Assembly: GCF_006345805.1 (NCBI RefSeq)
Contig: NC_043003.1
Coordinates: 102,672,001 to 102,736,000, forward strand
DNA: 64,000 nucleotides
Source: Octopus sinensis
Lineage: Eukaryota
Direction: 5' to 3'
Shown here: one piece after another, positions 12,296-24,519 of the stretch
Layout: each line of letters begins with the position of its first letter
How positions within the stretch are numbered: the first letter of the stretch is position 1
Program-made: the position numbers and the translations under genes
The notes under the pieces: generated by a model
Told to the model about the DNA's origin: nothing
The model's database searches: none
What the model saw: the letters and a program-made list of their open reading frames with translations, nothing else

Positions 12296-12680
12296 GTGGG
12301 TGTGTGGTTAAGTAGTTTACTTTCTAACTTCATGGCACCATGATTGTCTTATATTTTTGAGGCCGACGAAAGCCTTGTGAGCGGGTTTGGCAGACAAAAA
12401 CTGAAAGAAGCTTGTTGTATACTTATATGTTTATATATTGGTACATATGAGTGAGTGTATGTATTAGTGTGTTGACATTGTGTGATAGTTGTGAACAAGC
12501 ATACCCAACATACTAGCAGCTTATCTTCGTTTCCAATCTGTTTGGCTATAGGGAGATTTTACCTTGCTTGGAAAAAAGTGAGCATTGGCAACAGGAATGG
12601 CATCCAACACCTGTAGAAAATCTACCTCAACAAATTCTGTCTAAGCTACCATAGAAACGTTAAATTGACGACAAAGACAA
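12293..12680 (+). mobile_element. Composite SINE: family A 5' half plus ATG-tailed 3' module (similar copy at 52612-53075)
   Basis: The A head GTGTGGTTAAG...GGAAACTGAAAGAAG is followed after (TG/TA)n by TTACCTTGCTTGGAAA...GGCATCC...GTAGAAAATCTACCTCAACAAATT. Confidence 0.6.
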
Positions 12681-12724
12681 TGATATATAAAGAAGGAGGG
12701 AGATGGCGAAGGTGGGCCATTCTT

Positions 12725-13140
12725 TGCAGTGGTTGCTAGGGTGAGATGTGCATGGAAGAAGTTTTAGAAGCAGAGTAGCATTGTTATAAGGAGAGTATAT
12801 GTTGAATGTGTGAGATGTGGGGAAGGGAATAATAGATGCAAAACAGCAGGGAAAGTTAGAGAGAACAGAAATGAGAATGTTTTTGGTAGATGAGAGAGGG
12901 AAGAAGAAGATAAACATTTGGTTGTGTAGAATGGAAATAAAGCCAGTGGTGAATGTTGTGAAGAGATATGGGATGAAATGACTGGGTTTTCTTCTGAGAA
13001 AGAATGAAAGAGATTGGTTGATGGAAATATCAGGAACTAGTTTAAAAGAGGGGCAGAGGTGACAACTGTTCCTGTAGTGATGGTGCATTTGGTACAATAC
13101 CCAAAATATTACCTAAGAGGCAGAAGAATATTGGAACTGA
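12725..13140 (+). mobile_element. Degenerate RTE-like LINE RT fragment
   Basis: ARVRCAWKKF and KLERTEMRM are recoverable across frameshifts. Confidence 0.45.
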
Positions 13141-13299
13141 GGCAGGCATTGTTGACCTGAAGAAAAGTACAATCCTGTATTCTACAAGAATCTTTAGAAA
13201 GATTCTTCAGATTTGAGGAGCCTTGCTGTCATCAAACTTCAAGACACCATCCATTTTATAAAAAATAAACTTTGATAATAATAATGAATCCTTTTGTTT

Positions 13300-13500
13300 A
13301 TTTTTTTAAGGCCAGCAATTTTAGAGGATGGGTGCTAGATGGCTTCATTGGCCCCAGTTCATGGCTGTTACTTTAATTTATCAACCCTGAAAGGATGAAG
13401 GGCAAAGTCGAGAGCAGTGGAATTTGAACTCAGGACATAATAGGTTGAAAGAATTCTGTTAAGCATCTTATCCAGTGCAATAACAATTCTGTCAACTCAT
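13300..13500 (-). mobile_element. SINE family B (Meta/MESC-like central domain), degenerate; other minus copies at about 14440-14640, 17595-17755, 17860-18055, 38375-38700 and 41470-41692
   Basis: Reverse complement of GTCGACTTTGCCTTTCATCCTTTCGGGGTCGATAAATTAAGTACCAG and TTCTGAGTTCAAATTCC; the best copy is 29569-29783. The domain name is from recall only. Confidence 0.65.
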
Positions 13501-13541
13501 AATAATAATAATAATAAAATAATAATAATAATAAATAATAA

Positions 13542-13901
13542 TAAGTGGGGGAGCATCATAGTAAGTGGGGGAGCATCATAGCCATGTGTTGAGAAGGATT
13601 CTTTGGGGTTTGAATAATTCACCTCTGGAAACATGGGTGTTTCGTTCAACGTCCTTAAACAACCCTTATTCAGGGACCTTTTGAGCGGGATGGGTTACTC
13701 GATCTGAAGAAAATTCTAACTGGGCTCCACCTGCAAGGTCATGTGCTGTTTATCTTGATATGAGATCACCATGTCGCGCACATATGGTTGTGATGCATGT
13801 GCCTGGTGTACCCTTATCAGACGGGTAGTCATGATGGGTATACTGGGCTTCGTATATTTTACCCCAGTGTCACTTTGATGGCATGCTCTGCTCGCTCACT
13901 C
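13542..13901 (+). mobile_element. Unclassified non-coding (AAT)n-tailed element E, copy 1 (5'-truncated)
   Basis: It shares its 3' end (...GTCACTTTGATGGCATG..CTGCTCTCTCACTC + (AAT)n) with 15338-15868 and 16945-17502. Confidence 0.75.
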
Positions 13902-13933
<32 letters not shown>

Positions 13934-13936
<3 letters not shown>

Positions 13937-14418
13937 ACAGATAGAGAAATTAAGGCCAACAGACCAGATATAATTACACACAGATAGAGAAATTAAGGCA
14001 AAGAGACCAGATATAGTTGTCAGAGATCATGAAGAAAAAAATACTTTCTAATTGATGTATCAATACCAGCAGATGACAATGTGTCTCTAAAAGAAATGGA
14101 GAAACTTTCAAAATACAAAGACCTGGAAATAGAGGTAACTCGAATGTGGAATCTAAAAACAGAAACAATTCCTATCATAGTAGGTGCATTAGGCATGATA
14201 AAAAATATTCAGGCAAATACATAACAAAAACACCAGGACTTACAAACACATATAACATACAGAAAATTGCACTACTGGGCACTGCACACATCCTACACAA
14301 AACACTTCCAATACAGTAACCATCAGAGCATCACAACAAACTACAGCACATACCCAAGGCACACAGAGCTGAGCTTGGTAGTGAAGTGAAAGCAAGTTAT
14401 AAAAATAAAACTACTGAA
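13934..14418 (+). mobile_element. R4/Dong-like non-LTR retrotransposon 3' end (RLE endonuclease), subfamily 1
   Basis: HTDREIKAKRPDIVVRD...LIDVSIPADDNVSLKEMEKLSKYKDLEIE..RMW...PIIVGALG...QKIALLGTAHIL, stop at 14319, short UTR, (AAT)n on both sides. Confidence 0.85.
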
Positions 14419-14666
14419 TAATAATAATAATAATCCTTTCTACTAAAGGCACAAGGCCTGAAATTTTAGGGAGGGGACTAGTCAATTACATTGGCCACAG
14501 TATTTTACTGGTATTTAATTTATCGACCTTGAAAAGATGAAAGGCAATTTGATGGAATTTGAGCTCAGAACTTGAAGACAAACTAAATATTGCAACACAT
14601 TTCACCCAGCATACTAACGATTCTGCCAGCTTGCCACCTTACTTATAATAATAATAATAATAATAT

Positions 14667-15308
14667 TGCAAAAACCTGGATTTGTCCCATGAAAAAAACT
14701 GGTGGGAACACAATCCACCTCCAGTGCTTGAAAATGACCACATCTCACCTCTGGAACTTCACCATTCAAACTGACAGAAAGATAGATGCAAATAGGCCAG
14801 ACAACATATTGAAAGACTTCAGACAAAGAACATGCCTCCTCATTGATATGACTGTCCCAATCGATATAAACGTATCTGTCAAGACCTACCAAAAACTGAG
14901 CAAATATAAAGATCTTGAAATAGAAATCAGCAAAATGTGGAACCTGAAGACTAAAACAATACCTGTTGTCATAGGTGCCCTGGGAATGATAGCGAAATGG
15001 GGCTGATTGCTACCTAACTCAGATACCAGGAAACCCCAAAATGGCAGAAATGAAAAAGATAGTGCTCATGGGAACTGCTCATATCCTACGCAAAATACCC
15101 TCTATGTAATCCCAAGGTTTAAAACAAACTTTTTATTTTTTTATTTTTTTATTTATTAGACATTCACTAGTACAACACCAAAAAAAAACCTAAATATATG
15201 ATACACTAGGCATAACAACAACGTGAACTTCCAACCTGTTGTCTCTTGAGGTCTCTGGGTGAGACTTGGAGCCAACTTGTACAGACATAAAGCAAAAGTC
15301 AAACATAG
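14667..15308 (+). mobile_element. R4/Dong-like non-LTR retrotransposon 3' end (RLE endonuclease), subfamily 2
   Basis: WNFTIQTDRKIDANRPDNILKD...LIDMTVPIDINVSVKTYQKLSKYKDLEIEISKMW...PVVIGALG...GTAHILRK; different 3' UTR from copy 1; flanked by (AAT)n. Confidence 0.85.
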
Positions 15309-15337
15309 AATAATAATAATAATAATAATAATAATAA

Positions 15338-15868
15338 CCAGGCTGTGGTTCTTGTGGCTTCTCATCATAACTGATTGGAAGTGTTATCGTGTACATGTTT
15401 TGTCTTCGTATAAAAGTTGGGCTACAGCAAATATTCTGCTCAATACCACAGATTTGCTTGTCAGTCACTTGATCAAAACCAGTTGAACAGGTCCATTGGT
15501 GGCTCTGATCATATGTGTATCTCTGATCACAAGCAGAAGTAGTTGGGGAGCATCATAGCCATGTGTTGAGAGGAATTCTTTGGGTTTTGAATAATTCACC
15601 CTCAGAAATATGGGTGCTTCATTCATCATCTTTAAACAACCATTATTCAGGGACCTTTTGAGAAGGATGGGTTACTTGACCTGAAGAAAGCTCTAACTGG
15701 ACCCCAACCTGCAAGGCCATGCTCTGTTTATCTTGATGAGATCACCACATGCACACTTATGGTTGTGATGCATGTACCCTTTACTGATGGGTAGTCATTA
15801 TGGGTATATTGGGCTTCGTATATTTGTACCCCAGTGTCACTATGATGGCATGCATTGCTCTCTCATTC
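15338..15868 (+). mobile_element. Element E, copy 2
   Basis: Collinear with copy 3 from CCAGGC onward; flanked by (AAT)n. Confidence 0.75.
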
Positions 15869-15918
<50 letters not shown>

Positions 15919-16347
15919 TGATAATAATAATAATAATGATGATAATAATAATAATAATAATAATAATAATATCAACAACAGCATTTTTATTAGCCACAAG
16001 GGTCCAAAAGATACAATAAAATACAATGAACATTAAATAGGGCTTTTATAAAAACATGCCGGGTAGGAGATAAATAATATGAGAAAGGGTGGGATAAAAG
16101 ATATTACACTATTAATGTAGGAAGTACTTAAAAATTTATCAGATGGGTAGACATGATGGGTATATTGGGCTTCATATATTTGTACACTGATTCAAGTACT
16201 TGACAGGCACTTTATCTTATCAATCCTCAAATCGATAAAAGATAAATTTGTTGACCTTGACAGTATTTGAACTTATACAAGAAAAACCAGGAGGAAATGC
16301 TGCAAAGTACTCTATTCAATAAACTAACGATCGTGCAAGTTGCTACC

Positions 16348-16380
<33 letters not shown>

Positions 16381-16427
16381 TAATAATAATAATGATAATA
16401 ATAATAATAATGATAATAATAATAATG

Positions 16428-16468
<41 letters not shown>

Positions 16469-16564
16469 CATAATAATGATAATAATAATGATAATAATAA
16501 TAACGATAATAATGATAATAATAATGATAATAATAATAATGATAATGATAATAATAACAATAAC

Positions 16565-16596
<32 letters not shown>

Positions 16597-16620
16597 TTAT
16601 AATAATAATGATAATAATAA

Positions 16621-16668
<48 letters not shown>

Positions 16669-16784
16669 TGATAATAATGATAATAATAATGATAATAATA
16701 ATAATGATAATAATCATAATAATGATAATAATAATGATAATAATAATAACGATAATAATGATAATAATAATAATAATAATAACG

Positions 16785-16818
<34 letters not shown>

Positions 16819-16942
16819 TAATAATAATAATAATAATGATAATAATAACAATATTAATAAATATAATAATAATAATAATGATAATAATAATGATAATAAT
16901 AATGATAATAATAATGATAATAATAATGATAATAATAATGAT
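16348..16942. repeat. Long interrupted (AAT)n/(GAT)n triplet array
   Basis: Seen directly; it is the source of the spurious poly-Ile ORFs. Confidence 0.95.
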
Positions 16943-16944
16943 AA

Positions 16945-17502
16945 AAATGCCCTGATGCAGTACCAGGCAGTGGCTCTCATGGCTTCTGATCTTAACTGAT
17001 TGGAAGTGTTATCATGTACATTGTTTTGTCTTGGTATAAAAGATGGGCTACAGCAAATATTCTGCTCAATACCACAGATTTGCTTTTCAGTCGTTTGACC
17101 TTAACCAGTTGAGCATGTCCCTTAGTGGCTGACGATATGTGCATCTCTGATCACAAGCAGAAGTAGTGGGGGAGCATCATAGCCATGTGTTGAGAGGGAT
17201 TCTTTGGGGTTTGAATAATTCACCTCTGGAAACATGGGGGTTTCATTCCTTATTCTTAAGCAAACCTTATTCAGGGACCTTTTGAGTGGGAAGGGTTACT
17301 TGACCTGAAGAAAATTCTAACTGGGCCCCACCTGCAAGATCATGTGTTGTTTATCTTGATATGAGATGATCATGTCAAGCACATATGGTTGTCAGGAATG
17401 TACCTGGTATACCCTTATCAGACGGGTAGTCATGATGGTTATACTGGGCTCTGTATATTTTACCCCAGTGTCACTTTGATGGTATGCACTGCTCTCTCAC
17501 TC
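16945..17502 (+). mobile_element. Element E, copy 3 (longest)
   Basis: Starts AAATGCCCTGATGCAGTACCAGG and ends in (AAT)n; no ORF. Confidence 0.75.
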
Positions 17503-17504
17503 AC

Positions 17505-17561
<57 letters not shown>

Positions 17562-18169
17562 TGATAATAATTATAATAATAATAATAATAATAATTCTTT
17601 CTACTATTGGGACAAAGGCACCAGTTTTGAGGGGAGGGGGCAATTTGATTATATAGACCCCAGTACTTGACTGGTACTTATTTTATTGATCCTGAAGGGA
17701 TGAAAGACAAAGATGTCTATGGCAGAATTTGAACTCAGAGCATAAAGAGTCAGAAGAAATGCTAATAACAACAATAACAATGATGTTGACAACAACAACA
17801 ACAATAATGCATTTCATACTCAGCAATTATGATAATGATATTAATACTACTAATAATAATTGTTTCTAATTTTGGCAGCGATTTTGAGGGAAGGGGCAAG
17901 TTAATTATATCAACCTCAATGCTCAGCTAGTCCATAGTTTATGAAGCCCGAAAGGATAAAAGAAAAACTTAACCGAACCAGATTTGAATGTAAAGAATCA
18001 GACGAAATGCCGCAAAAATATTTCTCTACCAATGCTTTAACCATTCTGCCAGCTTAATGCCTTAATAACAACAACAACAACAACAATATCAACAACGATG
18101 ACAACAACAAATGTAACAATAATACATCTCCCAATGTACAAGTGTAATAATAGTATAATAATGATAATA

Positions 18170-18293
18170 ATAATAGAAGAAGAAGAAGAAGAAGAAGAAG
18201 AAGAAGGAAGAAGATGATGATGATGAAGAAGAAGAAGAAGAAGAAGAAGAAAAAAAAGAAGAAGAAGAAGAAGAAGAAGAAGAAGAAGAAGAA

Positions 18294-18337
<44 letters not shown>

Positions 18338-18340
18338 AAG
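18170..18340. repeat. Compound (AGA)n/(AGT)n microsatellite
   Basis: Seen directly. Confidence 0.95.
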
Positions 18341-18481
18341 ATGATTATGATGATCATGATAACAAAATTGATTTATTTAACTAGCCACAAAGGGCCCAAG
18401 AGGGAGAGGAGTACAAGCGGGAAATACAAATAAAAAAAAATCAACAATTACGACAGAAAGCATGAGGGTAATGCTTAATGT

Positions 18482-18502
18482 TATATGATAATAATAATAA
18501 TA

Positions 18503-18549
<47 letters not shown>

Positions 18550-18571
18550 AATGATAAACAATAGTGTTATG

Positions 18572-18608
<37 letters not shown>

Positions 18609-18616
18609 TAATAATG

Positions 18617-18663
<47 letters not shown>

Positions 18664-18704
18664 AATGATAAACAATAGTGTTATAATAATAATAATAATA
18701 ATAG

Positions 18705-18735
<31 letters not shown>

Positions 18736-18753
18736 AATGATAAACAATAGTGT

Positions 18754-18803
<50 letters not shown>

Positions 18804-18814
18804 TAACGATAATG

Positions 18815-18858
<44 letters not shown>

Positions 18859-18880
18859 AATGATAAACAATAGTGTTATA

Positions 18881-18935
<55 letters not shown>

Positions 18936-18953
18936 AATGATAAACAATAGTGT

Positions 18954-18998
<45 letters not shown>

Positions 18999-19038
18999 AA
19001 TGATAAACAATAGTGTTATAATAATAATGATAATAATG

Positions 19039-19075
<37 letters not shown>

Positions 19076-19100
19076 TAATAATGATAAACAATAATGATAA
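18482..19100. repeat. (AAT)n-derived minisatellite with a recurrent GATAAACAATAGTGTT marker
   Basis: Six full marker copies at about 18557, 18671, 18743, 18865, 18943 and 19004, separated by variable AAT runs. Confidence 0.9.
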
Positions 19101-20236
19101 TGATAATTACAATAATAATCTTAACAATAATAATTATAGTAGTTATAATAATAATGGTACTAACAGCAACAACAACAACCATAATAATAATAATGTTAGC
19201 AGCAATGTAAAGAAGAGCAGGGGAGAGGGAGATTAGAAATAGCAAAACAAACCGTTAACATTGGCAACTACATGCGAACTGGCATCTTCTTGGAAAGTAT
19301 CAAGACTAGCAGCAGAGTGTAACGAAAAGGAGTATATAGAGAGAGATTGTGAAAGTTCCCAGTCTTCTAGCATGTTCCTTGTATAGTAAACTGACCTTAT
19401 CATTGCCCGTGCACACATACATAGCTCATTTAAAGATGCAGTGCTATATATGCTTACATATACACTCATACACATGGTCATATATTGTAAGATACATAGT
19501 AGTCAATCTCGATGGTTGTTTTTTTTGGATTTGTTTTGAGTTTTTTTCACTTATTTTTTTTTTACCTATATTCTAAGCAAAAGAAAAAAAACATAAATGA
19601 AATTTTAAAAATGTTCAGTAATTTGGTTACAGTTTAGTCTACTATGTTGCACAGCTGTTCGTCTGAACATCACTCATACTATTTCATTCATACTTACACG
19701 ATAAGTAATGCATATATAATGATATATAATACACACATAACGTACATAGAAAATATGCGTGTACATTTACTTACATATATATATACATACATGCATACAT
19801 AAAATATATGCATACATATGTACATGCATACATAGCATGCACACATACATAAATATATACATACGTGCACATATGCATACATAGATGCATGCATATATAG
19901 ATATGAATATATATGCATACATACAAATATTATGTTTATATGTATTTTCATAAATGCAGACAAGATATGTGTATATATATCTATGTATGCAATTATGTAT
20001 GTAGGTATGTGTGTATGGCTGAATATGTAAATGTGTGGCCACAGCTCAAGGGCTGAAATGCATAAAAGAATATGTGTGTGTTTATGTGCATACACACACA
20101 TACACACAAACATATGTGTGTATGTGTGTGCATGCATATATAAGATGCATATATGAATTCATTATGATTTCATATACATATGCATTATAATTTGCGTGCA
20201 TATGTGCATGTGTGCGTGTATGCAGACACACACATG

Positions 20237-20282
20237 TAGATAGATAGATAGATAGACAGACAGACAAACAGACAGACAGATT

Positions 20283-20345
<63 letters not shown>

Positions 20346-20385
20346 GGATAGACAGACAGACAGACAGATAGACAGACAGATAGAT
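20237..20385. repeat. (GATA)n/(GACA)n microsatellite; similar at about 27310 and 47670
   Basis: Seen directly. Confidence 0.95.
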
Positions 20386-20673
20386 GGTGCACGAAACTCT
20401 CAGCTCTTGAGTCACTTTTGTTACTCCCAGATATATACGAGCTATACCATAGATGCACATATCAGTTCATATATATACATTCAAACATGCTATAATATAT
20501 GTGTGTGTTTGTATGTGTATGCATATATTTATATATATACTTGCACATGTATATATATGAATATATGCATGCACACACACACACACATATATAAATGTAT
20601 ATTTTATATATGTACATACACATATGTATGTGTATGAATATATACATATATATATCTATAAATGTCTGTTTGT

Positions 20674-20715
<42 letters not shown>

Positions 20716-20921
20716 GGCTAATATGTGTGTGTATGCATATACACATACACACATATGCATACACATATGTGCACACAGGTAAGCACATGCAAATAAAATG
20801 ATGAACATTTATTCCCTATATCATCATCATCATCATCATCATCATCCTCATCTGTTTGTAAATCTTTATTTGCGAGATATGCAGTGTATCATCCTCATTA
20901 TTTTCATCATCATCATCATCA

Positions 20922-22232
20922 TAGGCACAGGTGTGGCTGTGTGGTAAGAGGTTTACTTACCAACCATATGTTCCTGGGTTCAGTCCCACTTCATGGCACC
21001 TTGGGCAAGTGTTTTGTATTATAGCCTAGGGCCGTCTGAAACCTTGTCAGTGGGTTTGGTAGATGGAAACTGAAAGAAGCCCATTATATATGTGTGTGTG
21101 TGTGTGTGTGTGTATCTATGTGTCTGTGTATCTACATGTGTATATCTTTGTGTCTGTGTTTGTCCCCCACCACTGCTTGACAACGATTGTTGGTGTGTTT
21201 ATGTCCCTGTATGTTAGCAGTTCAGCAAAAGAGCCCAATAGAATAAGTACCAGTCTTAAACAGAAAATAAATACTGGGGTCGATAATTTTGACTAAAATT
21301 CCTTAAGCCAGTGCCCCATGACCACAGTCTAAGGCAGTGGTTCTTAACCTTTTTCATCATCTTACCCCCTGAGTCTCTCCAGGGTATTACCGTGGCTCCT
21401 ATGATAAATTTTGTAATGGTGAACTTTGTGTAAGATAAAACAAAACTATATGAAAATCCTAATTTATTGCAAATGTTACTAGAGCTAAAAAAATTGCATG
21501 GAACTACTGAACATCATACAAAATCTACTTATTCACTCAGTGGAAGGGTTGATATTGTTTAGCAGTCGTATTACATCAAAACGAGGAGCAGTGATTGACA
21601 GACAACACCGCATGTTGGTGTCAATCACAAGCCTACTATGTGCTTTCGTTTTCAGTGCCATCATTGCTGAGAACCCAGCCTTGAGGGTGACTGGATCAGC
21701 ATGGTCAGTACGCACATTGAAAGGAGAGGATGGTTGTCCTTCAGTTTCACTGAAAGTAATGGAAACTCTTGTTCAGAAAAAACAACATTCAACTGAGCAT
21801 CCTCATGAATTTCAAGAAATTCTACCTTCACAGCAACATCAATATCACTGATGGCACTGTCCTTCACTGAAAAGGTCCTGCAGATCCATGCATCAGTACA
21901 GCAGTTGTCCAATCCTAGGAAGCAACTTTCAATGACATCATTCACTGCCAGAAGATGAGCTGAGATCTCTTCACAGAAACTGCATTCAGCTTCTGACATA
22001 GAATAAGAATAGTTGTCATCTGAGGGAAAAAGTTGTGACTTAGGAGTTACAGAGCAGAACAAAGCACATACAGTTATGATACCACCACCAGATGCAATAC
22101 ACGACATTGCAATACTTCAAATACAGGAGATAAATTACTTTCTCTCAAACCCTTCATGACACCCCCACGAAACTCCAAACAACCCCCAGATTTAGGACTG
22201 CTGGTCTAACGACTGAAACAAATAAAAGTTAA
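20922..22232 (+). mobile_element. Full-length SINE family A interrupted in its tail by a hAT element
   Basis: SINE runs 20922-21334; the tail GACTGAAACAAATAAAAG resumes after 22204. Confidence 0.75.
21335..22203 (-). mobile_element. Internally deleted hAT (Buster/Charlie-like) transposon
   Basis: Ends CAGTGGTTCTTAACC and reverse-complement CAGCAGTCCTAAATCTGGGG; 8-bp TSD GTCTAAGG/GTCTAACG (nnnTAnnn); hAT dimerisation-domain peptide AGFSAMMALKTKAHSRLVIDTNMRCCLS (21533-21715). Confidence 0.85.
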
Positions 22233-22401
22233 GAATCATTTTTAACTCTAGTATCACTGCTTGTATGAATTGGACAATTAGATATTATCCAATGTGTTGG
22301 AGGATGATATGTTGTTCAGTATCTCTGACTTGCTATAGTTTCTGTGACAGCATGTCCTTACTGACACCAACCACTTTACAAAGTGTCTTGGGTGCATTTT
22401 T

Positions 22402-23320
22402 GTGGTACTAGCACAAGGGAGGCTGCATTATGTTGATGACACCTTCATATTCTGGCTCTACCTGGAGGATATCCAAGTACTACAAGATCGCATGAACCCA
22501 ATGAAGTCATCCATACAGTTAACAATGGAAAAGGAAAAGGACAATCAGCTGGCATTATTGGACGTATTAATAACACACACTGAGTATGGGCTCAGGGAAT
22601 CTGTATACCGCAAGCCAACCTTCACAAGACAATACCTCAACTTCAATTCCCACCATCCATACAGTATAAAGAGAGGGATTGCTCAGTGCCTAAAACATTG
22701 AGCAAAGAATATAAGTAGTGATCCTAATACACACCAGGAAGAAATGATCCGGCTAAGAGATAATCTGCTATGCAACAACTACCCAAAGAACATACTATCC
22801 ACTCCAATTAGAAAGAGGAGAGAGGATGAAACCCATAAACTGAGCACAGTCTGTCTACCTTATATCAAAGGCCTATTGGAAAAGATGTAAAAGGTATGTG
22901 GCCCATATGACATCAGGACAGTATTCAGAAGTAATATGATGCTTCGCAAGTATCTTTCCAAGTAAAACCACCTTAGGAAAGAATATGACCAAAAACTGAA
23001 TGTATTCTATCCCATGCAGTTGTGGTAGGTTATACAAAGGTGAAATATGCCACCCACTTAAAGCAAGGGTAGGAGAACATCATAAAGCTGTGACACAAAG
23101 GGATGTTGAAAAATCGGGTATAGCCAGACATGTATGGAAAAACAGAGACCACCTCCTGCTGTGGGATGAATTTAAAATAATTGACAGAGAACACTGATGG
23201 AAAATACAAAGATTAAAAGAGGCTGTACATATGCCAGGACACAATAACCTCCTTAGCAGACCTAGTGCAGATATGAATGTAATATGGGGGCCAGTGTTAA
23301 GAAAAAATAAAATACTAGGT
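22402..23320 (+). mobile_element. Penelope-like element (Poseidon-like) RT C-terminal half plus GIY-YIG, decayed
   Basis: HYVDDTF, SIQLTMEKEKDNQLALLDVLI, VYRKPTFT.QYLNFNSHHP..IKRGI, LPYIKGL, YSIPCSCG..YKGE...LKARVGEH...SGIARHVW, KEAVH. Confidence 0.9.
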
Positions 23321-23355
23321 TTATAAGCCCCCAAAATTCACTCCATAATTGTCCA

Positions 23356-23514
23356 CAGGCATATAGTGTAGTGGGTAAGTACACAGGCTACAAACCCTCA
23401 GATTCATCATCATCATCATCATCGTTTAGCGTCCGTTTTCCAAAACGATGATGATGATGATGATGAATCTGAGGGTTTGTAGCCTGTGTACTTACCCACT
23501 ACACTATATGCCTG
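23356..23514. repeat. Perfect 72-bp inverted repeat with a 15-bp spacer
   Basis: 23356-23427 is the exact reverse complement of 23443-23514; the spacer is part of a SINE (CAT)n tail. Confidence 0.9.
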
Positions 23515-24140
23515 AAGTTAATAATATAAAAAGGGAATAATATCAGCAACATACCTAAGGAACAAGAACAGAGAAAGCTTGGGTACAAAAGCTGCTGAGT
23601 ACATCTATTTGTCCATTGTAAATAATGTACATAATTCCTCATCTTATGAATTTTCTGAGATTCTTATGAAGAAAACAATATAACAAGGAGCTACTCTTAT
23701 ATATGGTGTGTATGTGTTTGTGTGCATGTGTGTTATATATGTGCGTGTGTATACATGTGTGTGAGTGTGAATGAGTGTCTGTTAGTGTTCTCTTGTCTTG
23801 AGACTGCTTGATCATTGTAAATGAGTGTCACTGTCTTACAAGCAGTGCCATTGATTTCCAGTATTCTGTGAAAACATGTCTGGCGACGAGAAAGTATAAC
23901 TTTGCTTGGAAACAGATGAGAGATAATGACATTAGCAGGTGAGAGTTAAGTTGTTGTTGAGGTAATGATGATGGTGATGTGCATGTATGCATATTGAAAT
24001 ATAGAGAATATACAAAGAGTTTACATCAACTTATATTATGTAATAGTTATGTACTTTGAATGCTCAGTTTGGTTTATCACTAAAGCTCCAGCTTCAGCTG
24101 CAACGGAAAAACATGATGTTGCAACTGCGGATTGTTGTTG

Positions 24141-24519
24141 TTGTTGTTGTTGAACGTATGATCTTCGTCCCAGAGCTTGCAAGATGTGAGAAGTCCGAAA
24201 CATGGTCCTTTGCTATTCGTAAGACCCGCAGAAGAGAAAGCAGGTCAACCCCCGACACCGAGTGCATCAACGGATGGCTGAATGCGCATCCAGGCTCAGC
24301 AGTTGCATAGGAAGCTGGGGACAAGAAACAGGAAGAAAGAGTGAGAGAAAGTTGGAGCGAAAGAGTACAACAGGGGTCGCCACCACCCTCTGCCGGAGCC
24401 TCATGGAGCTTTGGGTATTTTCGCTCAATAAACACACACAACGCCTGGTCTGGGAATCGAAACCGCGATCCTCCGACCGTGAGTCCGCTGCCCTAACCAC
24501 TGGGCCATTGCACCTCCAC
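24141..24519 (-). mobile_element. tRNA(Arg)-like-headed SINE (family C), CAA-tailed
   Basis: Head GGTGCAATGGCCCAGTGGTTAGGGCAGCGGACTCACGGTCGGAGGATCGCGGTTTCGATTCC has A and B boxes; probable TSD TGCAACTGC at about 24120 and 24520; sister copies at 34564 and 50019. Confidence 0.85.

Noticed and set aside
16945-17010. Short antisense resemblance of the element E 5' end to U2 snRNA segments (TGCAGTACCAGG; TGATCTTAACTGAT)
   Set aside because: The two short, non-collinearly spaced matches are within what chance allows; an Rfam/Infernal search would be needed.
16343-19245. Long poly-Ile/Leu/Asn/Tyr ORFs of up to 254 aa, and the many YI/CV/HT-repeat ORFs across the window
   Set aside because: They are stop-free frames of AAT, TA, TG and GATA microsatellites with no evidence of coding function.
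24440-24519. tRNA-like sequences at 24440-24519, 34564-34640 and 50320-50400
   Set aside because: They have A and B boxes but an imperfect acceptor stem and anticodon loop, and continue into a shared SINE body; they are SINE heads, not tRNA genes.
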